Virus record (IMG/VR): IMGVR_UViG_3300021520_000002
Coordinates: 186,001 to 250,000 of that record
Length of the DNA stretch: 64,000 bases
Reading direction: 5' to 3' (one strand)
In this document: in pieces, positions 9,496 to 19,723 of the stretch
Layout: every line of letters begins with the position of its first letter
Position numbering within the stretch: the stretch's first letter is position 1
The notes under the pieces: generated by a model
Databases searched by the model: none
What the model was told of the DNA's origin: nothing
What the model saw: the letters and a program-made list of their open reading frames with translations, nothing else
Made by a program: the position numbers and the translations under genes

Positions 9496-10648
9496 CATTT
9501 GTGTTAATCTAAGATCGCGACTCTTAGACTTCTTCTTTTAAAATAAATAAAAGAAGAACCCATAGTTACCTATGGGATCAGACTATATCATCATCCTATT
9601 ATTTTCCTAAAAATTGTTCAAATAATTTAATATTATTCCATTTTTCATTTATTTCATCATTTTTTGATTCATTTTCAGTTTTTGATAATGGTCTAAGATT
9701 TTTTAATGACCAACATTTTTCAAAATTTGAATCTTCAAACGATTTGATATTAAAAGCTATTATTGGAACAATATGATCAATAACCCAATAATTACCATAA
9801 TTATTCCAATTCATTTTATCATCAAACTGTTTTTCAAGATGTTTCATAAGATCAGTAAGATTATATCCAACAAATTTTAACCAACTTTTTCCTTCTTTTT
9901 TACCTTTTAATATTCCCCAAATAGCTCTACTTACAAGTTTTCTTAATCTAAAAGAAGGATCTGTTTTGTATTTATTTTTGATGTATTCTTTTTTCTTTTC
10001 CATTATTTTATCTTTATTATTTTCAAAATATTTTCTATCTTGTTCTCTTTTTTTCTCTGGATGTTCTTTATAATAAGTTTTTTGTTTAGCTAAAAGTTCG
10101 TTTTTATTTTCTTCCCAATGAGCTTTTCGTTCATCCTGATGTTCTAAACAGTAATTTTTATGATATTCAACTCTTTCATCTTTGTGTTTTTCATAATATC
10201 GGTCAGTTTGAGCTTTATGTTTATCAGGATGATTTTTTCGATATTCTTTTACATTCAGATAATCACAAGGTTTACAATAATATTTATATTTTATTGTACC
10301 GTTTTTTGTTTTATATGCTGGAAATTCAATAATATCTTTTTCTTGTCCACATTTACCTCTACAAATTCTTGTTTTCATAATTTTATTATTCCTCCTAGAA
10401 ATTATTAAATGATGATATAGTCTAATTTAATAATTTCTATATAAGAATCTTAATTACTAAATAATAGGATGCCTCGCGCTTCCGTCCGCTTGGACGTACT
10501 CCCTTTCGGGATAGTCGTTACACCTTCAGTTAATATAGTTCGCAGCTATATTAAAAGCTTGGCTCGGTATTGTCCTATTTCTAGGAGTTTCACCGAATTC
10601 ACGAGGTTATTCGAATATCATTACTGATATAAGCCGCTTAATAGATTA
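9496..10648 (-). mobile_element. Group I self-splicing intron (1153 nt) with homing endonuclease in the P8 loop
   Basis: 5' splice U.G pair in P1 (CCGU/GCGG); P10 CUAUU/AAUAG; core elements GAAUUCGGUGAAA, AAUACCGAGCCAAG, GUAACGACUA, GAUAUAGUCU; P8 CAUCCUAUU/AAUAGGAUG; omega-G at 9496; removal restores frame. Confidence 0.9.
9599..10378 (-). CDS. Intron-encoded HNH homing endonuclease
   Basis: N-terminal Cys motifs; WVIDHIVP...NLRPL...NESKND; own SD and promoter motif at 10433. Confidence 0.88.
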   Translation of the reverse strand: MKTRICRGKCGQEKDIIEFPAYKTKNGTIKYKYYCKPCDYLNVKEYRKNHPDKHKAQTDRYYEKHKDERVEYHKNYCLEHQDERKAHWEENKNELLAKQKTYYKEHPEKKREQDRKYFENNKDKIMEKKKEYIKNKYKTDPSFRLRKLVSRAIWGILKGKKEGKSWLKFVGYNLTDLMKHLEKQFDDKMNWNNYGNYWVIDHIVPIIAFNIKSFEDSNFEKCWSLKNLRPLSKTENESKNDEINEKWNNIKLFEQFLGK

Positions 10649-11664
10649 ACGGGATCACGTTTATAGATCACAACTTTTCCATCAACAATTTCTTCTGCTA
10701 CATGAATGAAATATTGTTTAAGTTGTTCTGATACTATATTTGGTTTACTTATTAAACTTGCAAATAATCTCTTAAGATCATTTACATCTGGTGGAACTTC
10801 TGATTTCAGAAATTGTTGGATTATTCCAAGAGCACTACTATCTTTTTTTAAGATATAATTAATTGCAAATGGTTCATATAATTTTAAAACTACTTGCCAA
10901 GGCAATCCAACTGTTCCAAGTTTAAGAGTGTGATCTGTTGTAATAACTAATCTTGCCGAATAATCAGTAGTTTTTCTTAATAATCCACCTCTGATTAATC
11001 CAGATTTTCCTTTCATTCTACTTTTAATCCAGTTATTTGTATCTAATAAAGTATGTTGAATTTGTTCCATAATTGGGACTTTAATATCATCTGGTAATTC
11101 TGGAGCGAAATACTTAATATTTCTTATTAGAGAGCCATAAAATTCTGACAAATCTGAAAAGTTAACAATAGTTTGTCCAGATGTTTTACTAACGGCAAGA
11201 TCTCTAATTCCAGCTGGTAAAAGTATAAATTTATCAATAAAGATTTTATTTTTATTTTCTTTAATAAACTTCACATTTTCTGGTTTATTCTTTTTATATT
11301 TATCTAAATTAATTTTATCAAAAATTGATACTAAATAACCTATACCTGAATTTCCACTTGCATCTTCAATAACTTCTCCTGTTGCTGATAAACTATATTT
11401 CCCTTTATTCTGTAAAAGTTTAGATATGTTTGTATCTAATCCAGATACAATTGAATAAGCTTCAGGATGTATTAATTTTGTTTTCAAATTAACATATGCA
11501 AAAGTTTTTCTACGTTCTGCACTTCCGAATCTTCCAAAAATCTCTTCTGAAAATAATCCATTAGGATCAGTTTTTCCAACTTTTTCATAAAGACGAACAG
11601 TTGTTACTTCTTTTAGTTTGTTTTTTGTTATGAATTCATCAATATCTAATAATTTAAGTTTCAT
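10649..11664 (-). CDS. rpoC: RNA polymerase beta'-like subunit (second RNAP), exon 1; spliced product about 432 aa
   Basis: GLFSEEIFG, LPAGIRD, KGKSGLIRGGLLRKTTDYSARLVI. Confidence 0.88.
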
Positions 11665-11685
11665 AATTAACCTCTCCCAATTTTA

Positions 11686-12330
11686 TTAATTACTAATTTG
11701 ACCTATATAATATTCTTCTAATTTTTTATAAAGTTCAGTATCGATATCATCAACATTCATATCTTTTAAAAGTAACATCATATAATCATTATCTTCTTCA
11801 CCATTCCAATTTTTGATATATGTTCCTTTTTTATATCCATGATTTTGCCGAAATCCATTAAGAATATTTTTGCCGATATACAATTTATACAATTGTTCTA
11901 AAGAGAATATTTCAACTTTATAACACAACATCATGAAATATCTAAGCATAGAAGATTGTTTTAGAGCGGCAAAAGCTAAACTTTCAATACATTCCTGAAC
12001 TGATTGTTTATTATCTTCTTGATCATTTAATACTCTAAAACTATTAATTACAAAATCAAAAACTTGTTTAAGATCTTTATTTTCTTTTAACAAATCACTC
12101 ATTATAAAATGCCAAATATCAACAAGTTCCAGTTGAAGTTGTTCTAAATTAACTTCTCCTTTTTTCCACCATTTCCAATCGGTGTGTTCAATCATTTCAG
12201 CACATTCTGTCCACACAGCACGATACCAAGGAATATCTCTTTCCTTCCAATTTTCACCATTAGTGTGAACACTAAGTTCTTCCTGCTTATCAAACATCTT
12301 TTGTAACATTTCGATTTGTGTCATTATCAT
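11686..12330 (-). CDS. dut: Dimeric (all-alpha) dUTPase
   Basis: ECAEM..WKWWK, ELVDIWHF, KNILNGFRQNHGYKKGTY.K.WNG.EDN. Confidence 0.9.
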   Translation of the reverse strand: MIMTQIEMLQKMFDKQEELSVHTNGENWKERDIPWYRAVWTECAEMIEHTDWKWWKKGEVNLEQLQLELVDIWHFIMSDLLKENKDLKQVFDFVINSFRVLNDQEDNKQSVQECIESLAFAALKQSSMLRYFMMLCYKVEIFSLEQLYKLYIGKNILNGFRQNHGYKKGTYIKNWNGEEDNDYMMLLLKDMNVDDIDTELYKKLEEYYIGQISN

Positions 12331-12472
12331 TTATCTCCTTCATTATTTGATCATGTTCTGCACACCATTCACAATACCAAGATTTTTGACTATTAAATCT
12401 AAAAACTTCTTTTTTAACACCACAACCATAACATTCAATTTCTTTATAAAATAATTTTTTAAAAAATTTCAT
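12290..12472 (-). CDS. Small zinc-binding protein, start revised to MKFFKK
   Basis: SD AGGAG; CYGC...CEWC. Confidence 0.55.
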   Translation of the reverse strand: MKFFKKLFYKEIECYGCGVKKEVFRFNSQKSWYCEWCAEHDQIMKEINDNDTNRNVTKDV

Positions 12473-12487
12473 ATTTTCTCCTAAAAA

Positions 12488-12690
12488 CAAAAAGTTGGGA
12501 CAGAGATCCGGTTTCTCTGTCCCTTTTACTACTATCGTGCTCCTATTTCTATAGGAGCTTTCATTATTTACTGGTAGAGGCGCGCCCACTATCTTTCGCC
12601 AAGTCGACGCGTTGTTTTTGCGTATCTACCAGTATTAGGCGCTCGTGGCTAGCCAGTCCGTTTAACGGGGGCTGCCGATGGCGCGGACAT
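12488..12690 (-). ncRNA. Putative GC-rich structured ncRNA (about 200 nt)
   Basis: Promoter motif at 12698; stems TACTGGTAGA/TCTACCAGTA and GCTCCTAT/ATAGGAGC; terminator GGGACAGAGA/TCTCTGTCCC plus U-tract. Confidence 0.62.
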
Positions 12691-12721
12691 TATATTAATT
12701 TCTATATGAAAAACTTAAAAA

Positions 12722-13056
12722 TAAAAAACCCCCGTAAGGGGGAAGGTCTTTACGACATTAACTGTCGCTCTTATTAGAGTTCCTCAGTCTCCAATAGTTC
12801 CCATAGAGCCCTCTCATCCTATTGCTAGGACTTCTTTCTAATTTTACGAACTTGTCCCTATGGCGATAGTTCAACCAAGTATTTTTCAGACTTCAGAGAT
12901 TTCTCTCAACCCTTCCGGTCGTCTGAATTTCCTTGGAAATTTAAATCGGAGAAAACCGGAGTCGCTAGTCGTTTGACCTCGTCCGATTTTTCTCCTGTAA
13001 TATGAAATATCGACTGAAATCTCCACCGAGGAGATTTCTAACTTCATCTTACTAAA
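12722..13056 (-). ncRNA. Putative structured ncRNA (about 330 nt)
   Basis: Promoter motif at 13063; stems GAAATCTCC/GGAGATTTC, GGAGAAAA/TTTTCTCC, TTCAGAC/GTCTGAA, CCATAGGG/CTCTATGG; terminator CCCCC-TTAC-GGGGG plus U-tract. Confidence 0.6.
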
Positions 13057-13157
13057 AATATTATTTCTATATATAAATAGAGATTATCAAATTAATGTAT
13101 TTTATAATTTAATAGAGCTTCCTCGCCATTCCACGGAAGCTCTTATAAGACTATTGG

Positions 13158-13685
13158 CTAGTTAGTCTGATTTGTTATAATTGGATTTTTTCTTTTATAA
13201 TTTTGATAATATTGTGTAATATCTATTGCAATTCCTGATCTTGTTTTTGTAAGAATTTCTTTACCTAATCTTTCAATATATAAGGTTATATAAGCATCAA
13301 ATTTATATGTTTGATTTTCTTTATCATTTTTTCCAACTAATTTATTTATATTAATATAATTATTAAATTCTTTTAGATCAACACTTAAAATTGCTTTTTC
13401 TTGTTCTCTAAATTCTAATTGTTCTTTATGTTTTTCATGTGGACAAAGTCTTCGACCAAAATCAAGATCACCTGGATATATAATATGTATAAATTTTTTA
13501 ATTTTTTGATCTAATCTAATAATATCTACATAAAAATCAACATATTGATTCATTGGAATACCAAGATTTTCATTCATAAAAATTCGAAAATATCGTGGCT
13601 GATATTCAATTTGAAATTTTGCTTGACTATTAATTAATGCAATAGTTTTTGCTTTAGAACTTCCTTTTGGTATTATTCTTTTCAT
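13158..13685 (-). CDS. Hypothetical protein
   Basis: 175-aa ORF followed by a hairpin at about 13114-13144. Confidence 0.7.
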   Translation of the reverse strand: MKRIIPKGSSKAKTIALINSQAKFQIEYQPRYFRIFMNENLGIPMNQYVDFYVDIIRLDQKIKKFIHIIYPGDLDFGRRLCPHEKHKEQLEFREQEKAILSVDLKEFNNYININKLVGKNDKENQTYKFDAYITLYIERLGKEILTKTRSGIAIDITQYYQNYKRKNPIITNQTN

Positions 13686-14053
13686 TTCTCTCCCTGTTCT
13701 TTAAAGTATCTCACATAACATTTTTCTAACTTCTGAAATCCAAATTTCTGATACAAAACTTCCAACTGTTCATAAGATAAATCTCCATAAGGATTTATAT
13801 CTAATAGAATGTTAGCTTTTATTGAATCTGCCCATTCAATCATTTCTTGTAATAATTTTTTTGCAATTCCTTGTTGACGCAATCTAACTGGAACATTCAA
13901 TCTGTTAAAATAATACCAAGTTTGATTTTTATGTTTAATTCCATGTTCTTTTAAAAGATCATTGTAAATTTGTGTTAAGTCACATACAGCTAAACAATTA
14001 TCACCTTTATGATAAAATGACTTTGATTCTGTTAACATTTTATCCTCCAACAA
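13682..14053 (-). CDS. GNAT-family acetyltransferase
   Basis: LNVPVRLRQQGIAKKLL (motif A), LYQKFGF. Confidence 0.82.
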   Translation of the reverse strand: MLEDKMLTESKSFYHKGDNCLAVCDLTQIYNDLLKEHGIKHKNQTWYYFNRLNVPVRLRQQGIAKKLLQEMIEWADSIKANILLDINPYGDLSYEQLEVLYQKFGFQKLEKCYVRYFKEQGEK

Positions 14054-14393
14054 GTTCTTTTAATTTAAAATTAATATCTTGAATTACACTATCATCAAAT
14101 TTATCTTGATCAATATTATGAATTTCTATTTCTAATTCATCTCTCCAATCTAAATTAAAATCTTGGGAAGTATCTTTTCTATATTTTTCAAGAAATTCTT
14201 TAAAAATTTTAAAAATTTGGTAATCAAGATGATTATATTTTACTAATAAGTCAAATGAATAATCTGGTTCTACTTCATCATAAAATCTTCTTAATTCTGT
14301 TTCTGTTTCAAATCCATAACTAAATATTCCAACAGGTTCATCAAATTCTAATCTTAAAGTTTCAGGATATCTAAAGTCATGATTTGTTATCAT
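14040..14393 (-). CDS. Hypothetical protein
   Basis: ORF in coupled operon. Confidence 0.65.
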   Translation of the reverse strand: MITNHDFRYPETLRLEFDEPVGIFSYGFETETELRRFYDEVEPDYSFDLLVKYNHLDYQIFKIFKEFLEKYRKDTSQDFNLDWRDELEIEIHNIDQDKFDDSVIQDINFKLKELVGG

Positions 14394-14901
14394 TTTCTTT
14401 TCCTTTTAAAATTTTATCTTTAACTAAACTCATTTTTATTTTTTGCATTAAAGCAAGTCTAAAATTTACCACATCGTCAAGATGTTTAAGAGCTTTGCCA
14501 ATATCTTCTTTATTAATAGATTTTTTAACACTTTCTATTGTTTCATCAAGAATATCTCTACAAGTTTCATCAAAAATATTTTTACTATCGTTAAGCGCTT
14601 TTATAAGTTCATTTTTATGAGACTGAAAATCATCATTTATTTCTTTTAAAAATTCTTCTGGATCACATTCAATAGCAGTATTACAACTTGGACAGAAATA
14701 ATCACTTGTAATTTCATCATCTGGTTGATCTGTTAAATATTCTAAATCTCCATCTTTATCAGCTTTAATAACTCCCCATTGTTTTACATCTCTTTCAAAT
14801 TTTAAATAATTTATCTCTTTTTTACAGTGTGGGCATTTAGACATAATGTCCCTCTTCTTCTTTAAGTATAGTATCTGGAGCATCAATAGTAATTGCATCA
14901 A
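14377..14901 (-). CDS. Zinc-ribbon protein, likely start MSKCPHC
   Basis: CPHC...CPSC. Confidence 0.6.
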   Translation of the reverse strand: MMQLLLMLQILYLKKKRDIMSKCPHCKKEINYLKFERDVKQWGVIKADKDGDLEYLTDQPDDEITSDYFCPSCNTAIECDPEEFLKEINDDFQSHKNELIKALNDSKNIFDETCRDILDETIESVKKSINKEDIGKALKHLDDVVNFRLALMQKIKMSLVKDKILKGKENDNKS

Positions 14902-15166
14902 TTTTTTCTCTGAAAATATATGATAATATATATTCAGCGCTATCTATTAATAATGGTTTGTTATAAGATGTTGTATCTCTATGTGTCATAAATTCTCCAA
15001 TTGTAATTGGTTTATGAATATTTAAATTTAATTTTTTTGCAAGTTCTAAAATATTTCGTTTACTTGTTTCAGTTGAACAAATAATTTGTCCATTAACTTT
15101 TGCTGCTCGTTTAACTAATTTTGTTGTTTTTCCTGTTTGTCTAGGTTGATATATTATGTGTGTCAT
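14837..15166 (-). CDS. Small P-loop NTPase-like protein
   Basis: PRQTGKTT Walker A; LLID. Confidence 0.65.
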   Translation of the reverse strand: MTHIIYQPRQTGKTTKLVKRAAKVNGQIICSTETSKRNILELAKKLNLNIHKPITIGEFMTHRDTTSYNKPLLIDSAEYILSYIFREKIDAITIDAPDTILKEEEGHYV

Positions 15167-15431
15167 TATTTTTCCCCATTTTGTTCTCTTGCTCTTTGTA
15201 TACTTAAATCAACAATTTTGTCTTGTAGTTTTTGTGCTGAATATTCTATTTCTGCATTAGTTTCAAGTTGTTTCACTTCTATTTCACCAGTTTTGACAAG
15301 ATCTGAGTCACTTCCGAAGAATAATGCTATGAAATGATTAGCTAACGTATCATAGGCATCTTCCATATTATTTGCTTCAAAGATAACATCAGCTACCATT
15401 CTAAATTTCATTATTCCTCCTTAAGGTAAGT

Positions 15432-15465
15432 TATCGGCAAGATCTATTTCTAAATCTTGCCGATA
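15432..15465. repeat. Palindromic repeat TATCGGCAAGAT-N-ATCTTGCCGATA, copy 1 of 6 (others 30416-30450, 36120-36153, 40075-40107, 49447-49481, 51020-51053)
   Basis: Near-identical inverted repeats in intergenic gaps; GAAA/GCAA loop on the minus strand in five copies. Confidence 0.92.
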
Positions 15466-15475
15466 TTTTTATAAA

Positions 15476-16324
15476 TTATTTCTCCTTTTTAACATCCTCG
15501 AACTCATTTCTATGACTGAAATTATTGAATACAAATACATGCATTCTTGGACTGAATAAATATCCAGTTCTTAAACAATAATCTACTGAATCATAACATG
15601 AATCTCTAAAATCCTGTATGAATGTAAATTCATCAGCATAAGTTAAATAGTCTGGAGTTAAAGGCATAATAGATATTGGTACTTGAGGATTAACATCTTC
15701 AATGAATTTAGTAATATCTTTTTCTGTATCTTTACTGTATACAAATTTATAATTTGCCGATAATGAAAATGGATAAACACTCAATAACTGATTCAATAAT
15801 ACATTTTTAAGTTTAAACATTTCTATAATATATTCAACACCTTTAACTATAATAGATGGATAGTAGTCTGGATTAAGCTTTGGTGAAATATTTAATTGAA
15901 TATTAACTGGTGGAAAATCTATAGCAAAAAATGCATCATCCAACAAAGTTCCATTAGTTTCAATTTCAGCAACTCTAATATCTAAACTTTCACGTAAAGA
16001 AACTAATAATTTCTTCAGAAATATTTTATTTAAAAATGGTTCACCACCAGTAATAAGAACTCTGCTTATATTATATTCTTTAATATGAATTGAACAAGCT
16101 TCCATAAATAATTTCATTTGGTCATCATTATCAATTTTTATCGGCAAAGAATATATAGATTCTATATTTGGAACATCATTTAATTTTAAATTATTGGTCC
16201 ATTTAGTATCACACCATTCACAATTCAAATTACAATTTCCTAATCTAATTAACAAACACGGTTCTCCTGCTGATGGTCCTTCACCTTGGACCGTTGTACA
16301 TAACTGTGTTACTATTCCACTCAT
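15476..16324 (-). CDS. queE: 7-carboxy-7-deazaguanine synthase-like radical SAM protein
   Basis: TVQGEG...IRLGNCNLNCEWCDT, ITGGEP, IETNGT, ISPKL, PRMH. Confidence 0.85.
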   Translation of the reverse strand: MSGIVTQLCTTVQGEGPSAGEPCLLIRLGNCNLNCEWCDTKWTNNLKLNDVPNIESIYSLPIKIDNDDQMKLFMEACSIHIKEYNISRVLITGGEPFLNKIFLKKLLVSLRESLDIRVAEIETNGTLLDDAFFAIDFPPVNIQLNISPKLNPDYYPSIIVKGVEYIIEMFKLKNVLLNQLLSVYPFSLSANYKFVYSKDTEKDITKFIEDVNPQVPISIMPLTPDYLTYADEFTFIQDFRDSCYDSVDYCLRTGYLFSPRMHVFVFNNFSHRNEFEDVKKEK

Positions 16325-16728
16325 ACATTCTCCTTATTCATTATAGTTTTATCAGTTTCAATTGTGAAATCTAATTTTTCTTTTTCTTCTGGAACTGTTA
16401 AAGCAAATCCAAGAATAGTAAAATTATTACCATCATCATCTCTTCTAAACACTCCCAATCTTTTACCAAACACAACATCAGTCATTGATGCCATTAAACT
16501 AATAATAGTAAATCCTTCTTGATCTGTATCATATCTAGCAATTCCAATTTCTGGATATATAACTTCAAGATCTCTTAATTTATCTACATTTTCATTTACT
16601 GGAAATATCAAATTAAAAGTTTCATATTTTACTTCATAAGGTAAACACTGCCACATATGATTAATAATGATTAATAATTTCTTTTCTTGTTCATTCAACT
16701 CCCAACATGGGATAGTTCTCATTCTCAT
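16321..16728 (-). CDS. Hypothetical protein
   Basis: ORF. Confidence 0.6.
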   Translation of the reverse strand: MRMRTIPCWELNEQEKKLLIIINHMWQCLPYEVKYETFNLIFPVNENVDKLRDLEVIYPEIGIARYDTDQEGFTIISLMASMTDVVFGKRLGVFRRDDDGNNFTILGFALTVPEEKEKLDFTIETDKTIMNKENV

Positions 16729-17646
16729 TTATTCTCCTTTCCAACTTTCATTATTTAACTTAGTGAATAAAGAAATTAGAAAATTTATTCCATCTTCAGA
16801 TTTTATTCCTAAATTTTTAAAATCTTCTTTAGTTTTATTCTCAAGAAACTCTAATAAATATTTAATTTCTTGTCTATTTAATTCGATAATAAATTTAGTT
16901 TCAACTTTCATTTCCACAGTTATTTCTCCTTTATCTTGTAAATGTTAAAATTTCATTATTACAACCACTCAAATGTAAATGAAATAGTTGTTTAAATCCA
17001 GAGAATATTAATCGTTTACAACAATCTTCCTAAAGAATCGTTTATTGATTTTATATTTGGTTCATCAATTTTCATCTAATGATAAAGATCCATAAATTGT
17101 TATATCATCTGCTCTAATATGAATTTCATCTATTTCTTGTTCACAACTTGGACATTTCATTTTTATTCCCTCTTTTCTATTTCTATTTTTGATGCTAAGT
17201 TAGGATGATTTCCTTCTTCATTATAAATAGCATTTTCAGTTAAAGATCTCATTGCCATTTTCCAACCAACATAAGTTTTATCATTTTCGAAATAATTATT
17301 TTCTTCATCTTCAAAAACTCCTGTAACTGTAAATGCTCTTACATCATGTTCTGGAATATGATCTTCACAAAACACTTCAATTTCATCTCTTTGTGTATCA
17401 TAATCACCAAGATGAACTGGTAACTTTGCATCACATTCTTTACATTTATGATAATAACAGTCACACATTGATTTCCTCCTTTACTTATAGTATTCATCAG
17501 ATATTAAAAGTTGAATTTCTATTATATCATCTTCAGTAAAATCAGGATAAGCAAGTTTAAAATCTTCTGTATCCCATTCACTTCTATCATCAATTAAATT
17601 ATTTTTAATAATTTCATTAAAAAGCTCTTTTACTTTATCTGACATT

Positions 17647-18195
17647 TTAACTTCCATTTCTACCAGTTTCATAAACAACTGGTTCTGATTTACTTTTTAA
17701 TTCTTGTTTAATAAGTTGTTCTTTTTTATTAATATATGTAGACCACCAATTTTTTATTGTTTTATATTTATTACCATGAATACTTTCATCTCTGTTATCT
17801 TTAAGTCGATCATCTAATTGTATTTCTGTTTCTGGATTTAAATGAATAGTGTGACACACATCTTCATAAAATCCACCCCATAATAATCTTACTTGTTCAT
17901 CAGGATGTTTATATCCTATAATTTCAGCTGAGTGTATTAAATGAGTTACAAAATGTAATGGATAACTATCAATATCTTCATAAAAATTCTGCATATCATT
18001 AGTTAAATTATTTACATTCATATAAGAACTTCCTTCTCCACCTGCATCATGAAGAATGGTTTTTCTTAATTCTCTTACTATTCCTTTTGTTGGATCGTTT
18101 TTTCGAGTACCATCACAACCACGAATAGCTGTAATAACTACAGTTTGTTGCATCCAAGACAAGTTAAATAACCAGTCTTGTAAAACTGATTTCAT
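17647..18195 (-). CDS. Hypothetical phage protein
   Basis: 182-aa ORF with SD. Confidence 0.7.
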   Translation of the reverse strand: MKSVLQDWLFNLSWMQQTVVITAIRGCDGTRKNDPTKGIVRELRKTILHDAGGEGSSYMNVNNLTNDMQNFYEDIDSYPLHFVTHLIHSAEIIGYKHPDEQVRLLWGGFYEDVCHTIHLNPETEIQLDDRLKDNRDESIHGNKYKTIKNWWSTYINKKEQLIKQELKSKSEPVVYETGRNGS

Positions 18196-18205
18196 TTTTA
18201 GCTCC

Positions 18206-19723
18206 TTAAACTGGTCTATGTTTTAACATTTTCTGAAGACATGTATCACATCTTCCACAAGTTTCTGTTCTCGAATAATCATCAAAATAATCAAGAATCT
18301 TTAACATTCTACAACTTTTATCATCTGAAATGAAATCAACCATTTCATAGAGAGTTGCAATTCTAGCTGATCTTTTTTGTTCAAGAGAAGTGGAATCAAA
18401 ACTTAGATAAAAATTTAAATCTTTGTTAATTAAATATTTGCCATTGGCAAGGGTTTCAATAAATTTGTTTCCCCTGAGTTGAGCCACACATCCATTAACA
18501 TAAAATTCTTTCATAAAATAACCACAATCTTTACCCATTTCTTTTTGAGTTTTTGAAATTATATTATTTTCATCGGCAGTTTCTTTACACCAGTTCCAGA
18601 AATTTAAAATATCTTGAATAGGTGGATAGGACATATTGATTAAGAATTTTTGTAAATTGGTATCTTTTTCAGCGTCAGTAAAAATTATACATTCTGCACC
18701 TTTTCCATCTCTAGAAGCTCTACCAATTTCTTGATAATAATTCTCAAGACTACTTGGAAGTCCAGCATGCATAACAAATCTAACATCTGATTTATCAATA
18801 CCCATACCAAAAGCAATAGTAGCTACAATTATTCCACCAGTTGCGAACCAGTTATTTTGAATGGTATCTCTTTCAGTACTTGTTAAACCAGCATGATAAA
18901 ATACTGATTGTATTTTATCTTTTTGTAACTCTTTACATATACTTTCAGCTAATTTTTTAGTTGGAGTATATATAATTCCAGTTGTTATTCCTGATTGTTT
19001 TAGTATTGAAACTTTTCTTTTAATATGGTCCATTTTTGAATCACTTGTACATCTTTTAACAGTTATTTTAAGATCAGGTCGATAAAATCCTTTAACAAAT
19101 TTTGTAGCATTTGTAATGTTTAATTGTGTACAAATATCGGCTTGAACTCTTTTTGTAGCTGTTGCAGTTAATGCTATAACTTGATTGGGGTTTAGAAATT
19201 TAATAGCGTCTTTTAATAATCTATATGAAGGTCTAAAATCATGACCTTGTGTACTAATACAATGTGATTCGTCAACGGCAAATAAACTAATTTTATTATA
19301 TGTTTTCAATTCATCAATAAAAATTTTATCACCAAATCTTTCTGGTGCTACGTATAAAAGTTTTAATTGTTGATTCATTAATTTAAAACTAATATTATCT
19401 TTTTCTTTATCAGTCATACTTGAATTATAGAAATCTGCCGATATTCCTTTTGATTTTAAAGCATCAACTTGATCTTTCATTAAACTAATCAATGGAGATA
19501 TAACTATTGTTAGACCATCCATTAAAAGTGAAGGAAGTTGATACATTAAGCTCTTGCCGCTAGCAGTTGGAAATACAGCTAAAATTCCTTTATGATTTTC
19601 TCTATCAAATGTTGCATTTATAACTTCTTCCTGTCCGGATCTGAAACTATTAAATCCAAAGTAATCTTGTAGAATTTTATGTTTTTCCATTGTTCTCCTT
19701 TTTAAATTATTATATACTCCCAT
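18206..19723 (-). CDS. recQ: RecQ-family DNA helicase
   Basis: PTASGKS, SPLISLMKDQ, DESHCIS.QGHDFRP, ATIAFGMGIDK, YQEIGRASRDG, RQC Cys motif. Confidence 0.95.
   Translation of the reverse strand: MGVYNNLKRRTMEKHKILQDYFGFNSFRSGQEEVINATFDRENHKGILAVFPTASGKSLMYQLPSLLMDGLTIVISPLISLMKDQVDALKSKGISADFYNSSMTDKEKDNISFKLMNQQLKLLYVAPERFGDKIFIDELKTYNKISLFAVDESHCISTQGHDFRPSYRLLKDAIKFLNPNQVIALTATATKRVQADICTQLNITNATKFVKGFYRPDLKITVKRCTSDSKMDHIKRKVSILKQSGITTGIIYTPTKKLAESICKELQKDKIQSVFYHAGLTSTERDTIQNNWFATGGIIVATIAFGMGIDKSDVRFVMHAGLPSSLENYYQEIGRASRDGKGAECIIFTDAEKDTNLQKFLINMSYPPIQDILNFWNWCKETADENNIISKTQKEMGKDCGYFMKEFYVNGCVAQLRGNKFIETLANGKYLINKDLNFYLSFDSTSLEQKRSARIATLYEMVDFISDDKSCRMLKILDYFDDYSRTETCGRCDTCLQKMLKHRPV

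Noticed and set aside
10621-10648. C-terminus NLLSGLYQ of ORF 10621-11664, and 9213-9437 as a separate gene
   Set aside because: These are intron read-in and part of exon 2 of one spliced gene
11686-12330. Uracil-substituted genome as in AR9/PBS1
   Set aside because: A dUTPase and a thymidylate synthase argue for thymine-containing DNA
12722-13056. tmRNA, RNase P RNA, or a 53-aa ORF (MKLEISSV...)
   Set aside because: No tRNA-like ends or GAGGAAAGUCC core; the ORF lacks an SD and the region is dominated by paired stems, though translation is not excluded
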